Shown: positions 1 through 13,559 of the stretch, piece by piece
Position numbering within the stretch: position 1 is the first letter of the stretch
Layout: every line of letters begins with the position of its first letter
NCBI RefSeq assembly: GCF_036321535.1
Contig: NC_087436.1
Coordinates: 55,182,001 to 55,246,000 of the forward strand
Reading direction: 5' to 3'
From: Camelus dromedarius
Taxonomy: Eukaryota
DNA: 64,000 bases
The notes under the pieces: model-generated
Seen by the model: only the letters and a program-made list of their open reading frames with translations
Told to the model about the DNA's origin: nothing
Databases searched by the model: none
Position numbers and translations under genes: made by a program

Positions 1-1289
1 TTCTGTCTTCCTCTCTATCTCTAAGTACTTCCTGCCATGTTTCTGACTTTTCATAGCTTTATGGGCTTCTCAGTTATATAGAGCTAAGTACTACCCCTTT
101 TGACAGCCGCAAACATTTCAGCTAAGCCTTCATGATATCTGTGTGTGTTGCAACTAACTAGGAAGATCAATTTGTTCATTGCTAGTTTCAGTTTATTTGT
201 TCTTCAGTCTATTCAATATTCCTCAGTCTATTTATTTTCAGCCTATAATCTCATTTCTAACTTACAGTACATCTGATCTGAACTATTTTGGTTTCTCACC
301 AAATTTATTGGAGAAACACTATTTTTCTTTTAGTTATATTTCCATGCATAGATGACCATTCCATTCTTCAAGCAGGAGTAATGAGGTAATATTTCCAGGC
401 ATTCTATGTATTTTTCTCACATTCCACCTCGAGAGAAAAAATTGTTGAATCAGTGTGTTACAGAACAGAACTCATATGTAGTATGAGAACGTACTGAACA
501 TATGAGGACAACTGCTTGATATCTTCCCTCTCTCTCCTTCACTTTCTTTCTCTCAGTAGTTGCTCCTTCTGCAATTTAAAGGTTAAGTACAGTTCACAGG
601 ATGGACTGGTAGACCTCATGTTTTAAACCTTAACTCAGAATGCTTTTTCATTCCAGCTGTAACACCAATAAAATGATATATCATTTATGTCCTGATTTCA
701 TTCCTATAGCTCTTTCTAACTGGTTCAAAACATGAAAGAGAGGAGTATAAATAAGTAGCAATTCTCAAAACCTCTGACGTTTCAGAAGAACCATTCAAAT
801 TGTCATGTTATCACAATCTGTATTAAAATATACACTTACAGAAAATGTAATAAAATATGTACATAATGAATAATCAACTTCATTAAACAACTTATTAACT
901 CACTAGTCAATTTGCAAGTTCATTGATTAAACTGCTTTTATTTGTTAAAAAAATAAGTAGATGATACATATCCCATAAAACTCCCAGCCTCATTTCTGTT
1001 GCCAAGTTCCCCAAAGTTGAAAGCAGAAATATATCTCTATTTTTTCTGGCAAGAATCCATTCCAGTACTAAATAGCTCAGAGGTGTGGATTTTCTTGAAG
1101 TTTGTGGCTATAGGCATTTTTCCCTGTAGCCTTGGTTTTCTCTTAATTTACTGGCACCTGGGAGTTGACTCCATATTCTCAAAGAAGAGGTGGCTGAGTC
1201 CTAATTTGAAATGTTGGGTACAGCAGAAAGAACCTAACTTTTGGTTCTTTTGGAGTTAATGTAGCCTTGAAATGTAGTGCTCCTTGTAA

Positions 1290-1445
1290 TTCATACTAGA
1301 TTTGATATCTTTAAGCTTATGCAATTCTCCATTTCCTCAGTATTAAACTTATTGTGAGGACGATGTTAGACTGTCTATCTGTCTGTCTATCATTTATCAT
1401 CACCCAACACAATGCATGGGTGCACCGTAGACACAATAAATAATA
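1290..1445 (+). mobile_element. Degenerate MIR/L2-type 3' fragment
   Basis: 'ttattgtgaggac' and the tail 'acaatgcatgggtgcaccgtagacacaataaata' resemble the shared MIR/L2 3' terminus. Confidence 0.45.
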
Positions 1446-4400
1446 GACTTTATTTTTTTCATTATTTCTTTTACTTTGAGTTTAATGGTCTGGTTAACAA
1501 ATAAGTCAAAATCCATGCTTCTGTCCAGAAAAAAAAAATCAACAAAAGCCATTAATTCAGCTGGAACTAACCCTTTGACATTCAATAATAAATTTATGAT
1601 TTTGCTTCGTTTAGAAATGGGCCAGAAATTTCCCTATATCTTAGAGAAAATCACTGGGTTGTCTGTTATTTATTATATGGAAATCCTTGAAAAGCCATGT
1701 TTACGTTTTACTAGGTAAAAGTACTTGTCCTTTAAAAAGTACAGCACCAGTACTTTTACCCATTGATTACCGAGAACCTATGGATTTAAATAAAAGAGAT
1801 CACGTTCTTAATTGGAAGTTAAAATGTGCTCAGTTTCAGCATGTTGTTATAGGACCAAAAATCAAGAAGCTGCAACACACAGTCAAGACTAGTAGTAAAA
1901 ATGTAGAAGGAGAATCTGAGCTAGTTCTTCTAGTGAAGATTTATGTGAATGAAATTTATAAAGTAATTCTAAATGTGTAGATCATCCCAAAGATAATAAA
2001 GTAAAACAATATTAAATATAATATTTAATTTTACCTAACAAATTATTATTTATTTCTCTTTTTATTTATTATACATATAAATACTTCTTATCCTGGTATT
2101 TGTCAAAACTATCTCATGACATAATCTAAGTGGCCTTAAAATCAGAGTGAAGACTGCTAAAGTTCAGGCTGGCATACTGACAGAAACAGGTGAGGCCATC
2201 AGCAGTATATTCAATGGGATTCAAAAAATAACACATTCACCAGAGAAATAAAATCCGCCGGAAGTCGACATAGAGGGAACTGAATGTGCATGAAAATTAC
2301 TTACTGCCTGCCTGCAATCAAGGCTGTACATTTCTCTGGCAGCAGGTCAGGGCCTGTATGTGGTAGTCAATTTGGTTAACTCTCAAGAGTTTGAGAACTG
2401 CAAGCACACAGGGTCCAAAAAGCTATTTTAAGGAATACTGTTTGAATCACAGTGTCTTTAGAGACTTTATCAGTATTGTGGGTGGCAGGCCAGGCCCTTA
2501 GTTTGTCATCAGTATTCCAGCAGCCACGTGAACAGATTGTCTCCACCAGACATGTGCACCTCTGGGTAATGAATTCAGAATGAGAATTTCCTTACACTCT
2601 GATCTCTAACCATAAACTGGTTTTTTACACCATTTCTAATAGAAAATACCTTAAGCTGTAGGTAGCACTCTCATGAATACTTCCCCTTTTGCACTTGAGA
2701 AGGGAGAAGTGGATAAATACCAATATTGTTTAGTGTGTTAATAATTTGAATAAACCTGATAAAGCCCTTTTTTTATTTATAACTAATGTACGTAAGTTAA
2801 GGAACAGCATATGGGAAAATGAGGGAGTACCACAATTCATTAATGTGAAGGTAATTTTAATTATTATCTAGAAAAAAAGAAACAACATTTTGATGTTTAT
2901 TCTTTTTTTATGTTACCACAACAGTCTTTCCACATCACTCATTATTTGATGACCCTGTAATTACTTCAAATAAAAGCCTGTGATCATTGGAATGAGTAAA
3001 TACAAACTGCTTATTGAAATAGATGGCTCTCCAAAGTTTATGTGTGTCACTGCACTAGAAGTTTTGATCAAGCAAAATAGATTCTCAGAATCCCTTATTT
3101 AATAATCTCAGTGTTTTTTAAACTGAGTACTTTTTTTTCCCACAGTACCAGCAGGAAAAAAAATTCTGCATAATAGCATATGATGTATTCAATTGATCTG
3201 TATCTGAGACATCTTGTAAGGATTTAGAAGTGACTTCTATGGAGCTGGGATGTCCCTTGCTAAAAGCTTCATTTATTAAGCGACCTTTCTGTCTTTAGAT
3301 GCAGACACAAATGTATTTGTTTATTTAAGCTCTAAAATAATCCTGGGCAGGGTCAGCAAAAGTATGTTTCAGTTTGCTGTTCTTTATATACTTTAAAATA
3401 TATTAAACTATAAAATGTCCAGTGCACTTTTGATAACAATGATATGAATATTTATTTCCATTTATAAAGATCCACTAACAGTAAAGTCCAGGAAAATTTA
3501 CTGGTATAACATGCATATAAGATATAGTTTGGCTAAAATTGCATTATAATTTTTTGATGCTTGTCTTTAGATGCAATTTGGTCTAAAACATCTAGTACTA
3601 CTCTTTGATCTGACCTAATGAATTTCTGAATTATACTCTTCAGGGTAATCTCTAAAAGAGTTGAATCAGATTCCTAAATGGTCACAGAGAGATTTGATTA
3701 AGAGGTTTAAGTTCACTTTTGAGGAAACCTTTAAAAACTAATAAACCCCAATGCCATTAGTTATAGCTTTCTCATATTTTACAGCAAATAATACACAAAT
3801 GCTCTTTATTGTCTCCAACATGAAAGTATGTCTCCGTCATCAACTAATGGTTTTATTGAATTCTCTTAAATTCAGCCGAAATAGAGCAAGTATTAAAATT
3901 GTGTCTAGAAATTAAACTAATCTCTAATCCTTTAATATTTCTCCAAACTGAGAATCATGGAAAAGGTTCTATAATATTTTAGTGAATGTCTGTTTATTTA
4001 TAACTGGTTAATGTGTCAGCCAGAACTAAAACACATGTGCTGAAAAATAAAGTGTTTGTCATAATCTCAAATCCTGATCTGAAGCAGGTGTCACTTCTCT
4101 ATTTCTTGTTAGTTCATTTTCCAGGATTTCTTTTGAGGATCCATCATAGATTTCTAAGTGTTGTGTCCACTGGGATTTACACCACTTGTTCAGTCTATTT
4201 ATACTGAGTTAATTAAGTGATAATCCCAAAGTATCAGAGGACATATGAAGTAATAAATGCCTGATTCTCTCACAGACATGCCGAGACCACATGGTGAGGA
4301 GTCACAGGATGAAAGATGGTTTTATTGCCTAATGTCATATGCTCCTGTATAGGGAATATTGCTATTAAACAATCTGTTCTCTTACTTCCTGAGGTTTTTT

Positions 4401-4648
4401 TGCCTTTCATTGGATAATATTCTTCTGACAATTGATGTGATGCTTCTGAAGGAGATTCAAGCCAAAATTGAAATTTTACAATTTAAGTAAGGAATTACCC
4501 ATATTTAGCAAACTTGTTCAAATGCATTGCCAAAATTAATAAAAAATAAAACCTAATTTTCTATTTGTTAAATGATTTCCATGAACAGACAAAGAAAAAT
4601 CTATATAATGCCTTTATTTTCAATTCTACATTGATACTATATGTTTAT

Positions 4649-4672
4649 ACACACACACACACACACACACAC
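4649..4672. repeat. (AC)12 microsatellite
   Basis: Seen directly. Confidence 0.97.
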
Positions 4673-5129
4673 AGAAATAGAAATTATCCATTTGCTAAGT
4701 TAACATATACCTGATTGCTTGTTTAAATGTTTGTTAACCTTATCTGTTTTGTTGAATAAGCAAGAAGGAAGTAAAATTCATTGTTCTTTCATTAGTCTTA
4801 AAGGTAGTTGTGAGAGATAAGAAATATCTGAATATATTTATGTCCTAAAATCCCATGAGTGATTTTCAGCTATAAATTAGGTATAAAACTATTTCAGACA
4901 ATTTTTTTAAAAAAATTAAAAGATTGGCCAACCTAGAAAGCTCACTATTACATTGGGAGTCATCTAGTCTCCTGATGAAATAAAGAATTAGGATAAAATC
5001 TATTCAAAAGTAACCATACAGTAATCATTTTTTAAAGATGAAGGACTTCACACCAATTTTAAATGTTAATAATAAAAACAAAGGAGCTAAATGATACTGA
5101 CAAGTTTATAAATGTGTGAAATTGGGAAA

Positions 5130-5285
5130 TTTGAGAATGATTCAAGTCCTGGTTCTGCGGCAATTAATTAGTTTAAAAAATATAAAACATTTTACCATAT
5201 AGGCCATAGTGAGTGTTGTCTGTATTTAATGTAGCAGGGTTGAATTGGATTAGTTCTAAGATATTTTTTTGTCCTAAAATTACAT
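5130..5285 (+). mobile_element. Degenerate MIR fragment
   Basis: 'ttcaagtcctggttctgc' head and 'gggttgaattggattagttctaag...cctaaaatt' MIR3/MIRc-like tail. Confidence 0.4.
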
Positions 5286-6498
5286 TATTTGAAGTTTGGG
5301 AATTTGAAACAAGAACTTAAACATCGTGGTCATGAGTATTTGAGTAAAGTATGCCTTAAAAAAAGAGATAGCTATTAAAATGATGCTCTGTGAAAAAACA
5401 AAAAATCTAAAAATCACTCTATGAGACTAGGAGTACTGCTTTATTTGAGTCTAGATGTTTAATTGCTTGTCTGCAGTTTGATGCATATAAACTGTCCAGA
5501 AACCTCTAGAGCATTACATGATAAGAATTTTAGGAATGATCTGCAAGTGCAATGACTTAACATTGTGTCACTGTTTTTATTGTTACTGTTAGATTATAAC
5601 TTCAGTAAAGCAAAGACATTTTTACCATCGATAATATAATACTACATTAGAATATTAACAGATACTTTTAAGGTGATTATCAAATAATGATGAAATATGT
5701 TTTCTTGCATTAGGCAATATAGGGGATATTCTATATGACAAATTTGAATATTACATCAATAAATATATTTTATTTGTTGCATGATGAAATGAAATTTGAT
5801 GCACAAAATAGTGTTTGCAAGGTGAGCAATTGATGTAGAAATGTATTGAGTATAGATGCACACTAAGTTCATTTCTAATGTGTCTTTGGGAGTCTTACAA
5901 TCGTAATGTAAGCTCTGTGACAGCAGAGTTTTGTTGTTTTTTTTTTTCTTCCTGTTCTGTTCTTGCTGTGTTCCTTGTAAACCAAGTATGTTCAATCAGT
6001 GCCTGCTACTAGTAAGGAAAGAAACACAATTAGGATTGGGGCCATTTGAAGTTCATCTTGGCATTATTTACATATTAAATAAACAACATGACCATAGAGT
6101 TGCAAACAATTCTTTTGATACATTAATGAAGCCTCTCCTCCCTTTCCCCAGCAGAAACCAATAGATCCAGCACTGGATTTGACATTTTCTTAATGGTGAC
6201 ATAACAGAAATGTTGAACCAGAAAAATGAATGAATTTCTGGCTTCTGAATTTTAAAATAGAGTCTTCAAAACTGTGGCCAAAACTGTACCATGACATGAA
6301 ATGGTTTGTGTTCTAAGAACTCCATCTAAAAAAGTTTAACTCATTTAGAAAAAGAAGAGATCAGAAGAAGAGCAGGATAACTAGGTACTGGTGACTATAT
6401 ATGATGATGTCACATATGAGTAAGTAAATACAAATGACACATTGTAAAACAGTTTTTAGAGTATGACCATATTTGCATTTTCAAAAATAAATGAACAA

Positions 6499-6731
6499 GG
6501 AGGGGGAGGGATAAATTAGGAGTTTGGGATTAACAGATACACATTACTATATGTAAAATAGATAAACAACAAGGCCCTATTGTATAGCACAGGGACTATA
6601 TTCAATTTCTTGTAATAACATATCATGGAAAAGAATCTGGGAAAAGAAAAAAAAAACATGTAAGTATAAGTGAATAGCTTTGCTGTACACCTGAAACTGA
6701 TGTTGTAAATTAACTACACTTCAATAAAAAA
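6499..6731 (+). mobile_element. 5'-truncated cetartiodactyl-type L1 3' end
   Basis: 'ggggagggataaattaggagtttgggattaacagatacac...tatagcacaggga...gctgtacacctgaaact...cttcaataaaaaa' matches the recalled artiodactyl L1 3' UTR, with AATAAA and an A tail. Confidence 0.9.
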
Positions 6732-6770
6732 TACTATTGAAAAACTGAATAGGGCTTACATTGGTCATTC

Positions 6771-7403
6771 TGATGCAGGAAAACAGATGTGGGGCATGAG
6801 AAAGGGCTGTGTCCCAGGCTTCAGTTGAGCCCCCGGGATGTGCCCCGCCAAGTGTGGGTCCTTGGCTTTGCGCAGGAAAGAATTCAAGAGTGAGCCACAG
6901 TTGAGTGAAGGTAGATTTATTCAGAGAGATACATTGAAAGGCAAGAGAAAGGCTACGAGGTGAGGGAGTTGGGTGCTCAGATTAAAAGTAGGTACATACT
7001 CCATAGACAGAATGTGGGCTGTCTCTGAAGAGGGAGAGAGAGGGGTGGCTGAGAGGTGCCCATGTTGCTAGTTTTTATGGGCTTGGTGGCTTCATATGCT
7101 AATAAGTGGAAGGACCAGTCTAAGTAGCCTGGGGCAGGGGCTGGGATTCCCAGAAGTTGGCCACTTCCCACTCTTTGACCTTTTGTGGCTAGACTTGGGA
7201 CTGCCATGGTACTGTAGGTGTGTTATTCACCATGTTAATGTATTACAATGAGCATATAATGAAGCTCAAGATCTACAAGAAGTTAAATCTCTCACCATCC
7301 TGAGCCTCAAGACCTACTAGGGGTTGAATATTTCACCATTTTGATGTTAATTGCTGTAGCATTGCTTGAATGGCTGTACTCTGCCCCTTTCCATCCTGTC
7401 TCA
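6771..7403 (-). mobile_element. ERV1 solo LTR, MER41-like (633 bp)
   Basis: TG...CA ends; terminal inverted repeat TGATGCAGGA/TCCTGTCTCA; 4-bp TSD ATTC (6767-6770, 7404-7407); minus-strand TATA-like CATAAAAA (7072-7079) and AATAAA (6916-6921); minus strand 'tcattatatgctcattgtaatacattaacatg' resembles the MER41 core. Confidence 0.88.
7147..7155. promoter_or_regulatory. GAS (STAT) motif TTCCCAGAA inside the LTR
   Basis: Exact TTCNNNGAA match; function not shown. Confidence 0.5.
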
Positions 7404-7789
7404 ATTCCAGGATGTAGAGAGGTGGAAGGAACACACCTCCTACTCTTACAGTAAAAAAAGAGCTGTGTGTTGAAATTTGTATCATTATTTCAAGCTTAAA
7501 CATAAGAAAATGAAAGTTTAGGAAACTTGAGACTTGTTGAACGTAGTCCAAATTTCACTTGGAAAGTAATTTAATAAATTATTTCTCTTAATAACTCTGT
7601 TTCTCTGGTTATAACTACAGCTATTTTTATTTCCTGCACTTTCCCCTTTCTGCTGCACTATTGAAAACAGTATCCACATGATAACGTAGCAGAGGAAAAG
7701 AAACAACAGCTTCTTTAAAATTATTTTCTATTAATTACAACACCTGGATTATTTTGAAGTTAAGTTTCTTATTGCTCCTTCTTTTGTTT

Positions 7790-8400
7790 ATAAGATGATC
7801 TTTCATGTTTTTTCACATTTAGTATTTTCTTATTCTTAAATTTTATGTTGGACACAGTGGATTATATTGTGGAGTATTTGGACCATTTTGTCCCCCATTA
7901 GAGGGCATTGCATTTTGTTTTGCCAGGTATTCAAATTGCTGGTTTATACTTCAGTCCTACCAGATTTGATCTTATTCTGTGTTAAGTAGGTTCTATTTCT
8001 GTTTTGTACTTAGGACAGGGTATGCCATTTACGACATGGTGTGGTCCTTACTTCTAAGTCAGAGCATTTTCTGGAGTCTTGACTGAATGCCCAGTGCGCT
8101 CTTGGGCATCTTTCCACTCTGACCAGATTGGGACTCAAATGTCTATCTGAAGTGAACCACTTAGCCCTCTTCCAAGGACCCATGGTGATTCTCTGCAGAG
8201 ACATATGGAGCCCCCTTTCTGATCATGCTACAATTGTCTGGCTCACCTCCTGTGTGTCTCTTCTCTCTGCAATCACAGTTCTCTGCCTATCGTCCCATGA
8301 CTGAAATGTTCTGTCTCGTATCTGTTTACCCTGTTTTGTAGTAGTTTTCATGAAGAGATCAAATCTGGTACCATTTAATCTGTCATGACTGAATGCTGGG
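7790..8400 (-). mobile_element. Ancient L1M 5' region remnant
   Basis: 'ggacacagtggattatattgtggag', 'gtggtccttacttctaag', 'tttccactctgaccagattggga' resemble old L1ME/L1M 5' ends. Confidence 0.55.
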
Positions 8401-8429
8401 ATCTCACCATAGTAACCTGTAACAAACAC

Positions 8430-8625
8430 AAGTTAGGTCATACCTCTTTCTTGCTTAAATATTTCATTTACTATCAATTGTGCTTAGATTAAATCCACAT
8501 TCTTTATGAAGACATATTAGGTTCTGCATATTTTATCTCCTGACTCCTTTCTAATAGCTAGTGAAAATCTAGCTCACTTTACCCTAGACACTGATTTCTT
8601 TCAGACCTTGAATATACTCAGTCAC
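8430..8625 (+). mobile_element. L2 fragment
   Basis: 'tgcttaaat...cttagattaaatccacattcttt' is typical L2 3' region. Confidence 0.55.
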
Positions 8626-8869
8626 TATCTCAAAGCTACAGTCAATCCTTAATATGTGAAGAAGAAACAATGAAGATAATTATTTTAAATGATCATAGTT
8701 TTTAATTTAAATATTTGAGGCCATCTGAAAAGAGAAGAAACAGTTCCAAGAAGAATGGAAAGTTTTAGAAGTGCTAGTGCTGAAAGAGTGATATGGAAGC
8801 ACTCCAATCCTTCATCGTGTACCAGCCATCTTCAATTATGAAGGCATTCTGATAAAGAAAGCATTAATA

Positions 8870-8890
8870 CAAAACAAAACAAAACAAAAA
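8870..8890. repeat. (CAAAA)4 simple repeat
   Basis: Seen directly. Confidence 0.9.
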
Positions 8891-9699
8891 CATTAGTGCT
8901 TCCTCTTCTTACAGACTCTAAACAGGGATTTTGTTACAGGGAGTATTATATGCACAATTCTTAGTTTTAGGAATAAAGAATGTTCCAAACATACAGAACA
9001 ATAGCTTAGAAACAGGCAAGAATGGTACCTAGTAAAAGCAAACATTTAATCCAGTATTTACCCCTCCAAAAGCTTTGTTAAACCCAACATGCAAATGTTG
9101 TCTGTGACTTTTCTACACAAATGGAGTATTCAGTTGCTTTTTCAACAAAAATCACCTTTCACGTTAAACCACTTACCCATTTTCACAGCCCAAATGTACC
9201 TCTCAAAATACATCATAAGATTTCGTATGTTCATTTTAAGGAAGAAAATGTGGTAGGCTGAATTAAGTAGGATATGAATGAGCAAGAAGAATAAACTAGT
9301 AAAATTTAATTAAGCAATTTAGCACTCCATAAAAGCAGCAACACATAAAAGTGGGATGTAAATGACGGGGGGGGGGGCACGGTACATTTTAATTCCAGTC
9401 TTTTAGGAACCTAGTAAGGGGCACTGAGTGCAGCAAACAGACATGCTTTTTCTACACATAGTAAATTTAAACACCAGTAGTGATCAAAGCAGCCTTTACA
9501 CATGGAAATTCTGTATACTGTATTCTTTACTTTTGCCTTGTGCAGGTGAGGCAAAAGAACAGGTGCAGAAGTAACTTCATATACAACAAAGAAATGATTG
9601 TAAGACTTACACTCTTACATTTGCTATAACCAGACAGGAGAATGGAGGGAAGAATTCATTTATTAACAATTTAATTTGTTTCTTTTATCATATGTATTT

Positions 9700-10680
9700 T
9701 ATAAATTGCTTTAAACATTTATTTGCCATATATAAATATTTTCTGTGAATTACTGTCTTATAATTTTGTCCTTTTTCTTATTTTCCCATTTTTTTCTTAT
9801 TATTTAATTGTATTAATTGTGTACATACTCTAGAAACAACCTTTATTGATTTAAAGATTTCATGGTGCCATTTGCCATGTAGATAATAAAATTGATGGTG
9901 TAGTATTTCCATAATTTCCCTTTTTCTGTTATGAAAAGCTTTCTTTCTCCAAAGATAATATTTATGTTTCCAAAACACTCCCATACTTTCAAAATACTTA
10001 GATATTTAATTCATCAGAAATTTATTTTTATGAATGGTGTGGTGTAAAAGTTGTATTATGTAATTCTCCAGATAATCAATTTTAAAATACAAATTATAAG
10101 ATAATGACTTTTCTGTAATCACTTGAAATATTATTTTTATCATCTACTGATTTTTCTGTTTTGTGTTTGTCAGTGACTTTATAAATTTTCTAATGATTTC
10201 TAATTATATATTTATTTGTTTTCGATTAAATGACACACCATTTTATTTACTATAGTTTTATAAGATGCTATAATTAGGTCATAGATCAAGGCTACTATAT
10301 TTCTTTGTTTAATTAAACTCTCTTGGCTAATTTTACAAATTGTGGTTCCATTTGTATTTTAAAAGCCCCATGTCAAATTATATAAAATATTATTTATTTT
10401 GGGGGGGGAACTACTGAGTTTATAGGTTAATTTTGAGTGGAACTGACAGCTTTAGAATATTGATCCTTCTCATGCATGAACATTGCACAGCTCTCCATTA
10501 ACTTGTTATGTTTTATGGTCTTCAATAATGTTTTCTGATTATTGGTTTTTACATTCATAAAACTTTTTATACTAATGGCTAGTTTTATTTTTTAGCTTTT
10601 TAAATATTTTAGGTACAATAATGCTATTTTCTGACTCTTGAATAATAGTTTAAAGGAAAAGATTGACTTCTATATGTGAG
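9700..10680 (-). mobile_element. Highly decayed L1M ORF2 segment
   Basis: T-rich; 'gaactgacagctttagaatattgatccttctcatgcatgaacattg' is the antisense L1 ORF2 landmark. Confidence 0.7.
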
Positions 10681-10708
10681 ATCTTACTATTGCTCTACTG
10701 CATAACCT

Positions 10709-10892
10709 CAGTAGCAATGAATCAAAGTTCTGTTGTTCCTCATGCTCACTAGCATTGGCTATTGTCAGCTTTTTTTTTTCTTTCCATTTGGCCATTCAAA
10801 TAGATAAGTAGTAGTATCTCCTCTCACTGTGGTTTTATTCTATAGTTCTCAGTGACAAAATATTTTGAACAAATTTTTTCATGTTTTTATTT
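10709..10892 (-). mobile_element. L1M ORF2 3'-terminal fragment
   Basis: 'cagtagcaatg...gttctgttgttcctcatgctcactagcatt...ggccattc...gtagtatctc...tgtggtttt'. Confidence 0.7.
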
Positions 10893-13219
10893 GAGGAGCA
10901 ATGGCATTATGCCAGTAGTTGCTTCAGAATGATATGTGATGATACCCCCACTTTTAAAGTTTATTTATGTAAAATGAGGGGCATCTGCTAAACATAGATT
11001 CACACAGGCTATTTTCAACTTTACAGAATTTAAACAAGGGCTCAAATTGGATTGATTATCTTCCATTTATTTTAGTCTCTTACTGTATTGAAGTTGTGAT
11101 TACCTGTGCCTTTTATGTTGATTAACATAAAAAAGTTCAGTCTTCATTGAAGCTTTATGCTATCTTTTGCATTGTAATTTTAAACTAAAATACAGTATAT
11201 TCCCATAATATGTTATCAACTAGAATCACTGTATTTACAAAGCTAGAATTGTACAAATCTCTTTTTCTCCGGATCATACACTATTTTGCAAGAAAAAAAT
11301 ACTATTTTGCTGTAGCCATGTTTTAAAAAAGGTTTAATGCTTGATCATAAATGTTAAAACTTATTATTAAACTGCGTTTAAACCTGAAATTTACTGGTCC
11401 AAGATGTACTAAATTAGCTGTTTTTAATACATGTATTTCATAAGTAATAAAGGACCATTTAAATATTTTATAATACATTCAAAATTTATTTGAACTAGTA
11501 TTTACTAATTCTTTAAATTACAAACTAATTTTTATTAAATTAAGTGTATATATTTTCGTCTGTTTACTGAGGCAGAGATATAATTAATAAATATTAATAA
11601 GGAAGATTATGAATACAATGAATTTATCATAAAATTATCATTTTTTTTAAAAAGTCACCTATTTTATAGGAGAAGCATGTCATGCAAATTCAAATGTGGA
11701 TGGACTAATTATATATTTTTTTAGTGTTTTTCTCCCTCATAGTTATGCTGCATTATTAGTTTTGGCTTGTTTGTTTTGATCAGTGGGCTATTAGAACAAA
11801 TAAATGCAAGTGAAAGTCTCTGATGTATAATACCTTTAAAATTACACTAGATATTGCAGTAATACTGCACAGATTTTCTGTAAAATTTCTAATTTTTTTT
11901 AATCAACATTTAGAAACCTGTATTTTAGAATAGCAGCTGTCAAGTTTTTTTTAATATATTTTTATTTCCATGTGGTATCACAATCTGTTACATCAAGTAC
12001 TGAAAAGATATGAACAAACTTATCCCTAAAAACATTTATTTGTGAGCCACTATTCATTTTTATGATATATGATATACTGTAAAGTGTGGCCAAAGCTTTG
12101 TTATTCTGGTCATTTGTATATATTCTATCATGTTTTGTGAAGACAGTTAACAACATTATTACTTCATTAGATTAGTTTTTCTTTTTGTCTATGATTTCTC
12201 CTGACAATATGTGTATTGTTCTCATAAATAACCAATGACAAAATAAAACTCAGTAGATACTGATAAATTTTATTTTTTCAAAATCTGAATTAGTCTGCTA
12301 AGGTCTACCAGTAGATAATAAATTGTGTATTTTGTGAAATATAGTTTAAAAGGTTGGAGTGGATCCTGTTTTTTTCATGTAACTCAAGTGAAGTTTACAA
12401 AATAACTCAGGATTTGGGAGAAGAATATTATTAAATATGTGGTAATGAGATCCAATCAAACCAAAGTCAGATGCCATTAAGCAAATTTTTGATATCAGTA
12501 AATCTAAACAAATATCTAGGTCTTAATATATTCTTTCACTTTACCAAAAAGGCTGAGATAATTATTCCCTTCCCTTCACTGAGCAAGAACAACTTTAAAA
12601 ATATGTAACACTAGGGAAAAATTTTAAAATAGCAGAATCAAAAGATTAGAGTCAAAGGTATAAATATAGGGCACAAAGCACAAACTTCCTAAAGAACTAG
12701 TTGACGCTAGTGTCTGGGGAAACATAAAGTTGCTGGTGTATGGTTAACACAGTTTCTGCCAATTGAAGTGTATTTGCATAGAGTTTTGCATGAGTGCAGT
12801 TGTGTATGTAGGGAGGGCAGATGGTCGTGGGAGGCAGAAAGGTAGTAGGAACTTCTAGCTTGTTCACATTGAGTGTCACATCCAAGTGCAAATTTGAATG
12901 AGAGTCTCACAGGTGTGTACTTGCATTAATCATTTTTTACAGAGAAATTACTAGTCAAGCCACAAAATCTTCAACTTTTTAATTCACATATTTACTACAA
13001 AAAGTAATTATGATAATTAAGCAAAACAGTAATTATAAAATACCTAGAACACTGGGAAACACATAGTAGATATTCAATCATTTTTTTAATCTCTTTTTTC
13101 CTTTTTCTTCCCTGCTTATTGAGGATGGTGGCCAAAAAGTGAAAATACTAGATTAAGATTTGTAATAGGATGACTTATTTAAATAATAGTAACTACAGAT
13201 TACTGCTCAGCATGGTAAA

Positions 13220-13330
13220 ACATTATTTTACAAAGTGGAAAACCAGACCATAGAGATTAAATGATTTTGCATAGATTGCAGCTGCATTATGTCAAAACTA
13301 GATTAGAATCCAATTTTCATCATTATTTAT
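13220..13330 (-). mobile_element. MIR fragment
   Basis: Core 'ttttacaaagtggaaaaccagaccatagagattaaatgattttgc'. Confidence 0.65.
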
Positions 13331-13559
13331 TCTTCATACTTTGCCATCAGATTTGTTAGATTGTTACTCCTATACCAGCTAATATCTTACGCATTAATAT
13401 TCAACTATTCTCAGTATCAATATGATTAATTAAAATGGTTCTTTTATTTGTTTTTCAAAATGAGAATTCTTGTGATGTTTTAATTTCAGGTGGCAAGCAC
13501 TATGGAAAGATCTGATTTTAAATATTGATTTAATTTGTTTTTCCCATATGCATATTGCT

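Noticed and set aside
9367..9377. G11 run as a G-quadruplex
   Set aside because: Single isolated run, too short for a standard three-tier intramolecular G4
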